Assembly: GCA_001871495.1 (NCBI GenBank)
Contig: MNVG01000017.1
Location: 1-43,265 of the forward strand
Source: Candidatus Micrarchaeota archaeon CG1_02_51_15
Lineage (GTDB): Archaea; Micrarchaeota; Micrarchaeia; Norongarragalinales; UBA8480
Length of the DNA: 43,265 nt
Direction of reading: 5' to 3'
Numbering within the stretch: the stretch's first letter is position 1; the number at the start of each line of letters is the position of its first letter. Both the position numbers and the translations under genes were made by a program. This document shows, piece by piece, positions 17,929 through 27,275 of the stretch. The notes below the pieces were generated by a model. It had not been told where the DNA came from. It was given only the letters and a program-made list of their open reading frames with translations, and did no database searches.

Positions 17929-19071
17929 TTATAGCCAGATTGTTTCGGTTTTTCCTTGCGCGAGTTCGGTTATGGCGCGTTCGATGTCTTTTTGTCTTAC
18001 GTCTTTTCCGCCGAGTCCGCAGACGCATGAGAGCACGGGCAGTTGGACGTTGTTTTCGTAGAGGGCTTCTTTAAGGTCGTGCGAAAGGCTGCCTTGGTCG
18101 TTGGAAGAAGCGTCTTTTTCTATTACTACTACTCCTTTCTTGTTTTTGAGTGCGGCTGCAACCAGTTTTTTCGGGAATGGACGGAAGCACTTGAGGCGCA
18201 GCGTGCCTATTTTTTTTCCTTGCGTGCGGAGTGTTTCAACGAGTTCTTCAGTGGTTTCGGCAAGGCTCGACATTGTAAAGACGGCATAGTCCGCGTCTTG
18301 CAGGCTTGTTTCTTCGATTAACGGAATTTGCTTGCGGCCGAACTTGTTTTCGAAGTCTTGGGCGGCTTTTTCGATTGCTGGCATTGAGTTGTTGAACTCG
18401 GCGAGTTGTTCCTGCTTGTATTTTTGGAAGTAAGCCGGACCTGCGAATGCACCTATAAGTTCGGGGTTGGCAGGGTCCAAAGTGTGTTTGGGCTTGCGGG
18501 GCGGCAGCAGGGAAAGGCATTTTTCTTTGTCGGGAATTTCAACTGGAGATACTTCGTGGGTCAAATAGAATCCTTCAAAGCACACCATTACCGGGACGTC
18601 GGTTTGTTCGGCAATTTGAAATGATTGGACTAGAGTGTCCACTGCTTCCTGCTTGTTTTTGCAAAAAAGTTGAATCCAGCCCGAGTCGCGGAGCGCCATT
18701 GCGTCGCTCCAGTCGTTCCAAATATTGAGAGGACCGCCTATTGCGCGGTTGGCGACCACCATTACTATAGGCAAGCGCATTCCAGAAGCGTTGTAGAGCG
18801 CTTCGGTCATTAGGAGCAGCCCTTGCGAGGAAGTGGCGGTGAATGCGCGGGTTCCAGCTGCACTAGCGCCGATTACTGCGCTTATTGCCGAGAGTTCCGA
18901 TTCGACGGGAATGAATTCGTAGCCGTGTTCGGGCTGTATGCGGGAGAGTTCTTCCGGAATTACCGTCGAAGGGGTTATGGGGTATGCCGCCACTACTTCT
19001 ATGCCACAGTTGGCGGCGGTCCAAGCAATTGCTTTTGAGCCAGACGTTATTTGCAAAGTCATTTTTTTCAC
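17929..19071 (-). CDS. porA: Pyruvate:ferredoxin oxidoreductase alpha subunit
   Basis: AAYPITPST, VESE, TATSSQGL, ANRA, FRPFP, GLGGKD; start may be ATG 19062. Confidence 0.95.
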   Translation of the reverse strand: MKKMTLQITSGSKAIAWTAANCGIEVVAAYPITPSTVIPEELSRIQPEHGYEFIPVESELSAISAVIGASAAGTRAFTATSSQGLLLMTEALYNASGMRLPIVMVVANRAIGGPLNIWNDWSDAMALRDSGWIQLFCKNKQEAVDTLVQSFQIAEQTDVPVMVCFEGFYLTHEVSPVEIPDKEKCLSLLPPRKPKHTLDPANPELIGAFAGPAYFQKYKQEQLAEFNNSMPAIEKAAQDFENKFGRKQIPLIEETSLQDADYAVFTMSSLAETTEELVETLRTQGKKIGTLRLKCFRPFPKKLVAAALKNKKGVVVIEKDASSNDQGSLSHDLKEALYENNVQLPVLSCVCGLGGKDVRQKDIERAITELAQGKTETIWL

Positions 19072-19116
19072 TTTTTTAGCGCTATGTTTGTTATTCAGCC
19101 GCAGCGGTTTTAAGTC

Positions 19117-20070
19117 TTATTGTTCCGAGCCGTTTTTCTTAATCGGTTTTTTGCCAGAGTACTTGGGTTTGAGTTCTTTAAGCGCATAGTCGATGTCGTC
19201 GATTACTTGCTTGGTGGACGTTTTTGGTTCGAAGAGTTCTTCAAGCGAAAGGCTTTTCATCGCCTCTTCTTTTGCAGGTGCTTCCTTGGCGTCGGCGCTT
19301 GCTTTTGTTGCAGGAGCGGTTTTCTTCACGGGTACGTTTATGTCGTCTTGCTTTTCAGTTGAGGATGAACGGAGTTGGAATCCTTTTTCCTGCTCTTTTT
19401 CTGCTGGTTTTTCGTCTTCTATTACTATTATTCTCTTTTGGTTGGAAACAGGAATGAACTGGTTTGTTTTTTCGAGTGCGGACTGCGTTTTGTCCATTAT
19501 CTTTGTTTTGCTCATTTCCTTTGCCCTAGCCTTGCGGTAGGCGGGCACGCCGAAGTAGAACGCAAGCACCGCGATTACTACGACTATAAGTATTGCCGCA
19601 ACCAACGGAAGCACGTCGGATTGCGGCGTTTGTTGTTTTTCGGGTTGGGCGCGCAGGGCTGCAATTTGCGCAAGAGGCAACGGGAGGATGTTGACTTTGA
19701 GTGCAATGGTCTGAGGCGTAAGGCCCGAGTCAGTGTCTTCGAGAATTATTTTAAGCACGTACGCGCCGGTTGATTCGGGGGCAGAGCAATAGGTTACGAC
19801 CAGTTTGTTGTCCTGGGTCTGGTTAGATACGGTCCAACTGCTTGGAATGAATGCGGCTACAACCACGGCGCGGTCCCATTGCTTTCCGTCGCTTGCGTCG
19901 CGGGAGATTAATATAGTCATAGGCTGGCCTGCAGTAAATGAGCCTAGCTGCGCCAGTTCGTTTGACTCGGCGGAATTGAAGGAGTAAGGGTTGGGGGAAG
20001 TTATTTGGACGACGGACGCGGCAACAAGTACGGAAGCGACGAGGAGGAAGAAGACGGAGAGAAAACGCAT
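19117..20070 (-). CDS. Hypothetical single-pass membrane protein between porD and porA
   Basis: Signal peptide, beta-rich extracellular domain, TM (LPLVAAILIVVVIAVLAFYFGV), K/E-rich cytoplasmic tail. Confidence 0.75.
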   Translation of the reverse strand: MRFLSVFFLLVASVLVAASVVQITSPNPYSFNSAESNELAQLGSFTAGQPMTILISRDASDGKQWDRAVVVAAFIPSSWTVSNQTQDNKLVVTYCSAPESTGAYVLKIILEDTDSGLTPQTIALKVNILPLPLAQIAALRAQPEKQQTPQSDVLPLVAAILIVVVIAVLAFYFGVPAYRKARAKEMSKTKIMDKTQSALEKTNQFIPVSNQKRIIVIEDEKPAEKEQEKGFQLRSSSTEKQDDINVPVKKTAPATKASADAKEAPAKEEAMKSLSLEELFEPKTSTKQVIDDIDYALKELKPKYSGKKPIKKNGSEQ

Positions 20071-20092
20071 TTTTGTTTTTTTCCCCTCTCTC

Positions 20093-20332
20093 TTATTTTT
20101 CTTCCTTTTGCGCCGAAATTGCCTTGAAAGGACATTCGCGCAGGCATATGAGGCAGCCTTTGCAGTAGTCGTAATCCATTTGCGCGCCGTCTGGAGTTAT
20201 GGTGATGCATGAATCGGGACAGAATGTTTCACATATGCCGCAGCGCGTGCACTTGGCAGCGTCGACGATAGGACGCATCGTCCTCCAGGAACCGGTTTTG
20301 TTGCGCGCGCCCGGCTTTATTACTAAATCCAT
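20093..20332 (-). CDS. porD: Pyruvate:ferredoxin oxidoreductase delta subunit (2x[4Fe-4S])
   Basis: KTGSWR..RP; CTRCGICETFCP and YDYCKGCLICLRECP. Confidence 0.95.
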   Translation of the reverse strand: MDLVIKPGARNKTGSWRTMRPIVDAAKCTRCGICETFCPDSCITITPDGAQMDYDYCKGCLICLRECPFKAISAQKEEK

Positions 20333-20405
20333 GGAAAGCACTTGGGCGAACCAAGTTTTTAAACGTTGGCGAATAAAACAATTTTTTACGCAAGTCGTTT
20401 GGAGA

Positions 20406-20906
20406 ATGAATTTTGTGGCACAACCCTTGTTAGAGACTATCGACGTACGACTTCCCCAAGGAGCGAATGCAATAATCGGGGGTAGTCACTTCATAAAAAC
20501 GGCTCGGGACTTGTTTGAAGCAATTGCGGAATCGGCTCCGGCTGCAAAGTTCGGCTTGGCGTTCTGCGAGGCAAGCGGCAAGCGGCTGATACGCACTGAA
20601 GGCAACGACGAAAGCCTCGTGGAGGCCGCTGCGGAAACGGCTGCAAAAATAGGCGCAGGGCATTTCTTCGTGGTTTTCTTAAGAAACGCGTTTCCAGTAA
20701 GCGTGCTGAACCGCATAAAGTCGGTGAGCGAAGTAACCTGCGTTTATGCGGCAACCGCCAATCCCCTGCAGGTGATAGTTGCGGTTACTCCTCAAGGCAG
20801 AAGCGTTTTGGGGGTTGTCGACGGCTTGCCTCCATTGGGAACCGAAAGCGCGGAAGATCGTATCGAAAGACGGGAATTAGTTAAGAAACTGGGCTACAAG
20901 AGTTGA
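20406..20906 (+). CDS. Adenosine-specific kinase family protein (PAE2307-like)
   Basis: N.IIG.SHFIKT, FGLAFCEASG.RLIR..GND, GH.F, ATANPLQVIV, GR.VLGVVDG, LGYK; start ATG 20406 after GGAG. Confidence 0.9.
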   Translation: MNFVAQPLLETIDVRLPQGANAIIGGSHFIKTARDLFEAIAESAPAAKFGLAFCEASGKRLIRTEGNDESLVEAAAETAAKIGAGHFFVVFLRNAFPVSVLNRIKSVSEVTCVYAATANPLQVIVAVTPQGRSVLGVVDGLPPLGTESAEDRIERRELVKKLGYKS

Positions 20907-20907
20907 T

Positions 20908-22386
20908 TTGTTGCAAATGGAACTTACTGTTATTGAGTCACGGGTTTTGCGCGCGTTGAAATCGCGCAAAGGATTCGTTTTGGCACCCGAACTGGCGGAT
21001 TCTGCGAAAGTGGATTACGGCGCACTCATGAGCGTTTGCGCCGGATTGGAACAACGGGATTTGGTTAAGGCGAAAAGAAGCGAATTGCTTTTGCTCGAGC
21101 CGACTGCCGAAGGACGAACGTACGCGAAAACGGGGTCTCCTGAAAAGCGTTTGGCAGACGCAGTTGCGGAAGCCAAGGCAGTTTCGCTTGAAGACGCGTT
21201 CGAAAAGGCGGGTTTGTCGCCTGCGGAGCGGCCTATTGCATTGAAGTGGGCCAAGCAACGCAAGTGGATCGAGTTTGCAACGGGAAATGTTTCTGCAAAC
21301 AAGCACGCGGACGGAGGCGTGGATGAAGCGCTTAAACTGCTTGCAAAAGGAAAAACGGATTTTTCAAAAGAAGTTGCAGACGAGCTTGTTTCGCGAAGGC
21401 TTGCAGTTGCAAAGTCGGAAAAAAGCGTCGAGTTGATGATTACGGAAGCCGGATCGCAAGCGGTTTCGATCGAGGGCCAATCCGAGAACGAGGTCACACG
21501 CCTGACTTCCGAAATGCTTAAGACCGGCTCGTGGAAGAAGGCAGCTTTCAAGGAGTACGACGTTTCAACGGTTCTCGCGCCGGTTTCAATCGGGTTAAGG
21601 CAGCATTACAAGCGGCTGTTGCACCAGGTGAAGGAAGAACTCGTTGGGCTGGGTTTCAAGGAAGTGCACGGCCCCCTGGTTGAAACCGAGTTTTGGAACA
21701 TGGACGCACTGTTTATGGCACAAGACCATCCTGCACGGGAGATTCACGACGCGTTCCAACTTGAAGAGCCCTGTAAGGGAACGGTTAACGACAAGGCGTT
21801 GCTTGCGCGCGTGAAGAAGGCGCACGAGGAAGGCATTGCAGGAAGCATAGGCTGGCGTTACGAATGGAATTCGGATACGGCGCACCGGCTAGTGTGCCGT
21901 TCGCAAAACACCGGGGTAAGCGCACGCAACCTTGCAAAGGGGCTCGAGACTCCTGCGCGGTTGTTTTCAATAGGCAAGGTTTTCAGGCCGGACGTAATAG
22001 ACTGGAAGCACTTCATCGAGTTCACCCAATGCGAGGGAATCGTTGCAGACGAGAATATGAATTTCCGCGAGCTTCTGGGCTACTTAAAGAGTTTTGCAAT
22101 AGAGATTTTCGGAGCCGACGATGCGCGCTTTTACCCGACTTACTTCCCGTTCACCGAACCCAGTGTGGAAATGTACGCGAAAATAGGCGAGCGAGGCTGG
22201 GTGGAAGTAGGCGGAGCAGGAGTATTCAGGCCCGAAATGCTTGAAGCCCTCGGGGTGAACATCCCCGTAATCGCATGGGGGTTGGGAATAGACCGGCTGG
22301 CAATGATTCGACTGGGCTTGGACGACATGCGCGACTTGAATTCATCGGACTTGGAGTTCCTTAAAAAACGTGCGGCGGTGCTTTAA
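20908..22386 (+). CDS. pheS: Phenylalanine--tRNA ligase alpha subunit (archaeal long form)
   Basis: FWNMDALF..QDHPARE, VFRPD..D..H..EFTQCEG, YFPFTEPS, GAGVFRPEM, AWGLGIDRLAM; start may be ATG 20917. Confidence 0.97.
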   Translation: MLQMELTVIESRVLRALKSRKGFVLAPELADSAKVDYGALMSVCAGLEQRDLVKAKRSELLLLEPTAEGRTYAKTGSPEKRLADAVAEAKAVSLEDAFEKAGLSPAERPIALKWAKQRKWIEFATGNVSANKHADGGVDEALKLLAKGKTDFSKEVADELVSRRLAVAKSEKSVELMITEAGSQAVSIEGQSENEVTRLTSEMLKTGSWKKAAFKEYDVSTVLAPVSIGLRQHYKRLLHQVKEELVGLGFKEVHGPLVETEFWNMDALFMAQDHPAREIHDAFQLEEPCKGTVNDKALLARVKKAHEEGIAGSIGWRYEWNSDTAHRLVCRSQNTGVSARNLAKGLETPARLFSIGKVFRPDVIDWKHFIEFTQCEGIVADENMNFRELLGYLKSFAIEIFGADDARFYPTYFPFTEPSVEMYAKIGERGWVEVGGAGVFRPEMLEALGVNIPVIAWGLGIDRLAMIRLGLDDMRDLNSSDLEFLKKRAAVL

Positions 22387-22391
22387 AAAAA

Positions 22392-24038
22392 ATGCCTTCT
22401 ATTGCCTTGAGAAAAAAATTATTCCTAAAACTTTACGGAAGAAAAGTTTCCGACGAAAAACTTGCCGAGCTCCTGCCCTTGATAAAATGCGGCTTCGACG
22501 GAATGACTGAAGACGAAATAAAAGTAGAAGTTACCGGCGATCGGCCTGATTTGCTCAGTTCCGAAGGGGTTGCAAGGGCGCTCAAAGGATTCACCGGAGT
22601 AGAACAAGGCCTTGCGAAAATGGCAATTACGCCAAGCGGAATGGAATTCAACGTAGACAAAAGCGTTGCGTCAGTGCGGCCCGTGCTGGTTGCAGCGCAA
22701 GTGCAGGGCGTAAACTTTGAAGAAGACGACATCGTCGAACTAATGCAACTCCAGGAAAAACTGCACGTTACAATGGGCAGAAAACGCAGGAAAATGGCAG
22801 TAGGCGTGCACGACGCGTCGCAACTCAAGCCTCCGTTTTACTACAAGGCGGTTTCGCCCAAAGAAATCTCGTTCGTTCCCTTGGGGAAAGAAACTAGGAT
22901 GGACTTGAAGGAAATACTCGCAAGACACGAAAAAGGAATAGACTACGCGTTTACCCTTGCCCACGCGTCAGCCTACCCCGTCATCGTCGATTCCCAAGAC
23001 CAAGTGCTTTCCTTCCCGCCGATAATAAACGGCGTTTTGACCCAAGTTACGGACAGGACAACGGACTTGCTGCTTGAAATAACCGGAACCGATTTCGAAA
23101 CCTGCAACACCGCATTAAACATTTTGTGCCAAAACTTTGCAGACCGAGGGGCAAGAATAAAGTTGGTTGCAATACGCGGAAGCAACGGGACAAAAACCAC
23201 TCCGGAAACCAAGCCGACAATAATGCACGTTAGCACAACCGAAGCGAGCAAGGCACTGGGCGTAAAGTTTTCACCAAACGAAGCCGCCGAATGCCTCTTA
23301 AGGCAACGCATCGGCGCAATCCCCGAAGGCGACTACGTTGCCTGTGAAATACCGCGTTACCGCACCGACTTCCTACACCCGGTTGACTTAGTTGAAGAAA
23401 TAGCATTGGGTTACGGCTACAACAAATTCCAACCCAAACCACCTTCGATTTACACAAAAGGGGAAACCAGCAGCCTCACCCGCAAAATCAATTACGCCGC
23501 CGAACTCCTAATAGGCGCAGGCTACGTGGAAGCCAGCACTTACATATTCACCAACGTGGTTAAAGCGGCCAAAGCACGCGACGCAACCGACTTGGTGCGC
23601 ATCAAAAACCCGGTAAACTCGGAGTACGACTGCCTGCGAAAAACCCTGTTGCCCAACCTTTTGGAAATGCTTTCCAAAAACACGCATTACGCCTACCCCC
23701 AGAAAATATTCGAAGTAGGCGAAACGGTTTCAAAAGACGACAAGGCAGACGTCAAGACCGTTACCGAAATACGCGTATGCGCGCTATCCGCGCACGCCAA
23801 CGCCTCACTCTCGGAATCCGCTTCACTTGCTTGCGAAGTGCTTGACAAACTAGGGTTGCACTGCGAACTGTCAGCACTCGCTTCGGAAAAATACTTGAAA
23901 GGACGTGTAGCCAAGCTCATCCACAACGGAAAAATAATAGGCGACGTAGGCGAAATACACCCGGCAGTACTGGCGGAATTCGGAATACTGGTTCCCGTAG
24001 CCGCATTCGAAGCACGCATAACCAAAGTAACCTACTGA
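22392..24038 (+). CDS. pheT: Phenylalanine--tRNA ligase beta subunit
   Basis: DRPDLLS.EG.AR, LQEKLH...GRKR, LSFPPIING, YRTD.LH..DLVEEIA..YGY, GEIHP.VL..F. Confidence 0.97.
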   Translation: MPSIALRKKLFLKLYGRKVSDEKLAELLPLIKCGFDGMTEDEIKVEVTGDRPDLLSSEGVARALKGFTGVEQGLAKMAITPSGMEFNVDKSVASVRPVLVAAQVQGVNFEEDDIVELMQLQEKLHVTMGRKRRKMAVGVHDASQLKPPFYYKAVSPKEISFVPLGKETRMDLKEILARHEKGIDYAFTLAHASAYPVIVDSQDQVLSFPPIINGVLTQVTDRTTDLLLEITGTDFETCNTALNILCQNFADRGARIKLVAIRGSNGTKTTPETKPTIMHVSTTEASKALGVKFSPNEAAECLLRQRIGAIPEGDYVACEIPRYRTDFLHPVDLVEEIALGYGYNKFQPKPPSIYTKGETSSLTRKINYAAELLIGAGYVEASTYIFTNVVKAAKARDATDLVRIKNPVNSEYDCLRKTLLPNLLEMLSKNTHYAYPQKIFEVGETVSKDDKADVKTVTEIRVCALSAHANASLSESASLACEVLDKLGLHCELSALASEKYLKGRVAKLIHNGKIIGDVGEIHPAVLAEFGILVPVAAFEARITKVTY

Positions 24039-24099
24039 CTACCAGATACAAAATGCTTAAAAGCCCAGAGTCGCCCATTAGTTGCAAAGGTGGTTTCAC

Positions 24100-24651
24100 T
24101 TGATAGCATGGATACTGTTAATAGTAATACTCGTAATACTAGCCGCGTTTGTACTCATATACAACGGCTTGATTACGATCAAGACTCGCGTGGACAACGC
24201 GTGGTCGCAAATAGACGTCCAGCTCAAACGACGCGCGGACTTGATTCCCAACCTCGTCGAGACCGTCAAGGGCTACGCAAAGCACGAAAAAACGGTTTTC
24301 GAAAACGTCACGAAAGCGCGTTCGGCATTAATGGGCGCAAAGACTGTTGCCGAAAAAGGCGAGGCATCCAACCAACTTACCTCAACTCTTAAAACGCTTT
24401 TTGCAGTTGCCGAAAACTATCCAACGCTCAGGGCAACTGAGAACTTCAAGCAGCTCCAGGAGGAACTCAGCGGAACCGAATCCAAAATCGCTTACTCACG
24501 CCAGTTCTACAACGACAGCGTAATGGAATACAACCAAAAAATCCAGCAAATTCCCACCAACTTCGTAGCGGGAATGCTGGCCTACAAGCAACGCGAGTAC
24601 TTCCAAGCAACCGAAGAAGAGAAAAAGGCAGTCAAAGTAAACTTTGAGTAA
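24100..24651 (+). CDS. lemA: LemA family protein
   Basis: YN.L......[33 protein letters not shown]; AVAENYP.L.A..NF..LQEEL; likely TTG start at 24100 after AGGTGG. Confidence 0.96.
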   Translation: MIAWILLIVILVILAAFVLIYNGLITIKTRVDNAWSQIDVQLKRRADLIPNLVETVKGYAKHEKTVFENVTKARSALMGAKTVAEKGEASNQLTSTLKTLFAVAENYPTLRATENFKQLQEELSGTESKIAYSRQFYNDSVMEYNQKIQQIPTNFVAGMLAYKQREYFQATEEEKKAVKVNFE

Positions 24652-25569
24652 AACGGAAATACTTCGGTGAACAGACGGAATGCCAAGCATAACAAGGGAA
24701 CGCGAATCGAAACGCTGGCAAACCCTTTACTCCACGCAAGAAAAACTGAGGTCCCTATTCAAGGAGCCTTACGGACAAGCAATCGGGTCAGTCATTGCAG
24801 GAACAATAGACTTTGTCAAAAAAAACGATACTCAAACAGGCCGCAAGTTTAACATACTAGTAATGGGCGGAGGAAAAGGCAGGTTTAGCCGCGATACGCT
24901 GCCGTTCGTCATTAAAGAGTTACGAAATGCCGGAAGTAAAGTAAGGCTGGAAGTAACCGAAACAGACATTGCGTCGGTTATCAAACATGCTCCAACCCGA
25001 AGAAAATTACAGGCAGACATGACCGCGTTACCGTTTAAAGACAAGGCATTCGACTTGGTATTAAGCGAGTCTTCATTAAACCAGCTCGGCCCGAAACAAC
25101 TCGGCCAAGTAGTAGGCGAAATAAAACGCGTACTCACTCCAAAGGATGCCTCATTCACGTTCAAGACATTCCACCAGACAGTACCGATTGGCTGCCCTCT
25201 GAATTACGGATTCCCGGGATGGACCCAATGAATACTAGCGTTACTGTTCAAAAACAGACCGTATCCGCATTAGCTCACGCAAGTTTTGCATTGACAGCAC
25301 GCCAAGCATTCGCAACACGCCAACTAAAAAACGCGCTTATAGAAGTGCAGGCCACTGCAACCGTCAACCGCCCGAATGCAGAAACACTGGCGGAAATTGG
25401 CATCAACGGAAGACCCAGCGGATTACTTTTCCACAACGGAGCCGTGTTTACGGAAACCCAAAATCCGACTTCGAGACTGAAATTGACATATAAAGGTGCA
25501 ATCCACTTATTGTCAAAAAACCTAAAAACGCAAGACTTAATCAATCATATCGAATCAAACTTCGAGTAA
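24639..25569 (+). repeat. 13-bp direct repeat (12/13 identical) bracketing the gene between lemA and htpX
   Basis: AAACTTTGAGTAA at 24639-24651 (end of lemA) and AAACTTCGAGTAA at 25557-25569 (end of the inserted ORF); both encode NFE-stop. Confidence 0.75.
24680..25569 (+). pseudogene. Class I SAM-dependent methyltransferase, split by a 1-nt frameshift
   Basis: ILVMGGGKG, TDI, ADMTALPFKDKAFDLV, EIKRVLTP; restoring one A at ~25141 (CCAAAGGA) gives RVLTPKGCLIHVQDIPP... continuous with ORF 25219-25569. Confidence 0.8.
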
Positions 25570-25575
25570 GATAAC

Positions 25576-26466
25576 ATGGCTGGAATGTATTCTCAAATCG
25601 ACTCCAACAAATGGAAGTCATACGCGATAGTCGCCGCTTTCTTTGTGGTAATACTTGGCATAATGTGGTTTGCAACCTACTTCTTTGCGGGCTTTGGCGA
25701 ATTCTCAATAGCAATAGCTGGAGTCCTTGCAATAGTGTTCGCTCTGGGCGGCTACTACTGGGGCGACAGATTAGTGCTATCATTGAGCCACGCAAAGCCC
25801 GCAAACGAAAACGAACACCGCTTCCTGTTGAACACCGTCGAAGGTTTGGCTATTGCAGCAGGACTGCCTAAACCCAAAGCATACGTAATAGAAGACAATG
25901 CAATAAACGCGTTCGCAACAGGCCGCAACCCCAAACTCTCTTCAATAGCAGTTACGACAGGCGCGCTCAAGAAACTAAACCGAGTCGAACTCGAAGGAGT
26001 AATAGCCCACGAAATGAGCCACATTAAAAACTATGATATACGCCTTGCAACGGTTGCAGTGGTAATGGTTGGTTTTGTGGCAATACTAAGCGACATACTG
26101 TTTCGCGGAATGCTTTTTGGAGCAGGCGGCCGCGACGACAACCGAGGCAACAGCGGCGCAATAATGATGGTGGTTGGAATCGCGTTTGCAATACTGGCTC
26201 CGATTGCAGTGAAACTATTGCAGCTGGCGTTGTCAAGAAAGCGAGAGTACCTTGCCGACGCAACCGGCGCACTGCTTACGAGGTATCCCGAGGGGCTTGC
26301 GAGCGCGTTGGAAAAAATAGGTAAAGACTCCAACCAACTGCAAGGCGCTTCCGAAACAATGGCAACGCTCTACATAGCCAACCCGTTCAAAAACATTTCA
26401 GCCTCAAAACTGCTCAGCACCCACCCTCCGTTGGAAGACAGGATCGCAAAACTAAGGGCAATGTAA
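25576..26466 (+). CDS. htpX: Zinc metalloprotease HtpX (M48)
   Basis: NAFATGRNP, AVTTG, ELEGVIAHEMSH, SRKREYLADA, LASALEKI, STHPP...RI..L. Confidence 0.96.
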   Translation: MAGMYSQIDSNKWKSYAIVAAFFVVILGIMWFATYFFAGFGEFSIAIAGVLAIVFALGGYYWGDRLVLSLSHAKPANENEHRFLLNTVEGLAIAAGLPKPKAYVIEDNAINAFATGRNPKLSSIAVTTGALKKLNRVELEGVIAHEMSHIKNYDIRLATVAVVMVGFVAILSDILFRGMLFGAGGRDDNRGNSGAIMMVVGIAFAILAPIAVKLLQLALSRKREYLADATGALLTRYPEGLASALEKIGKDSNQLQGASETMATLYIANPFKNISASKLLSTHPPLEDRIAKLRAM

Positions 26467-26467
26467 A

Positions 26468-27265
26468 CTACTTATTCAAACGCGCGCAGTAAATCGGAAA
26501 CCCGAACGTCATTGCGTAACCCGAACGGGTAACACGGACGCCCCTCGTTTTTTGCGCCCCTTCAATTATCCCCCGAATTTTACTTACTTCCTTTTCGGTA
26601 ATCGCGTAGCGCGCGGCGTGGTCCTTCTCCGAAAGCCGCAACGCGGGCGCTTCGCCTATTTCTTTCGGAGTACTAAACCCGGCCCGCAAGTAAACCGACG
26701 CGAGGTCTCCCTTCCACTGGAAATGCCACCTGCCTATCTTCGGACTCGACGAATAAACCAAGTCCGCAACCCTCCTTTCTTCCAGAGTACGAAGCGATGC
26801 ACACTGGTTGACGAAAAAACCGCGCGGCTTCAAGTGCAAGGCAACGCGCTTGAGCGCTTTTACCTGCTCTGCTGCGGAAGGAAAATAATCAAGGGAACTC
26901 CGCATAATCACCAAGTCGAATTTACGGTCCAACCGAAGGCCAAGCACATCCGCAACTATCTTCTCGGCGGCCGCGTTCTTGTTTTCACGCAGTTGTTCGG
27001 CGGAAGCATCAACCAACGTTAAAGACGAACGAAAGCCTTTTTGCCTCAAACGAAGATACAGCCGTTCCCCCAGGTCGCCGTTGCCCGAGCAAACGTAGAG
27101 CACCGCAGGGTTGCGCGGCAGTTTCGCAAACAACGACCTGCAGGCCGTGACGAACGCGCTGAAGACCCTGTTGTTCGAGAAGTAGCCGCCGTAGACCTTG
27201 CGCCAATTGCGGCCCGCAACGCGTTTGTCGCGCAAAAGGTTTTCGCGAGCCGCGTTCGAAATCAT
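26468..27265 (-). CDS. Class I SAM-dependent methyltransferase
   Basis: VLYVCSGNGDLG, LVDAS, AD, KFDLVIMR, HLKPRGFF; start taken at ATG 27265. Confidence 0.8.
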   Translation of the reverse strand: MISNAARENLLRDKRVAGRNWRKVYGGYFSNNRVFSAFVTACRSLFAKLPRNPAVLYVCSGNGDLGERLYLRLRQKGFRSSLTLVDASAEQLRENKNAAAEKIVADVLGLRLDRKFDLVIMRSSLDYFPSAAEQVKALKRVALHLKPRGFFVNQCASLRTLEERRVADLVYSSSPKIGRWHFQWKGDLASVYLRAGFSTPKEIGEAPALRLSEKDHAARYAITEKEVSKIRGIIEGAQKTRGVRVTRSGYAMTFGFPIYCARLNK

Positions 27266-27275
27266 TACTGTCAGC

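Noticed and set aside
25135-25150. Programmed -1 frameshift in the lemA-linked methyltransferase
   Set aside because: No canonical X XXY YYZ slippery heptamer at the shift; simple deletion is more parsimonious.
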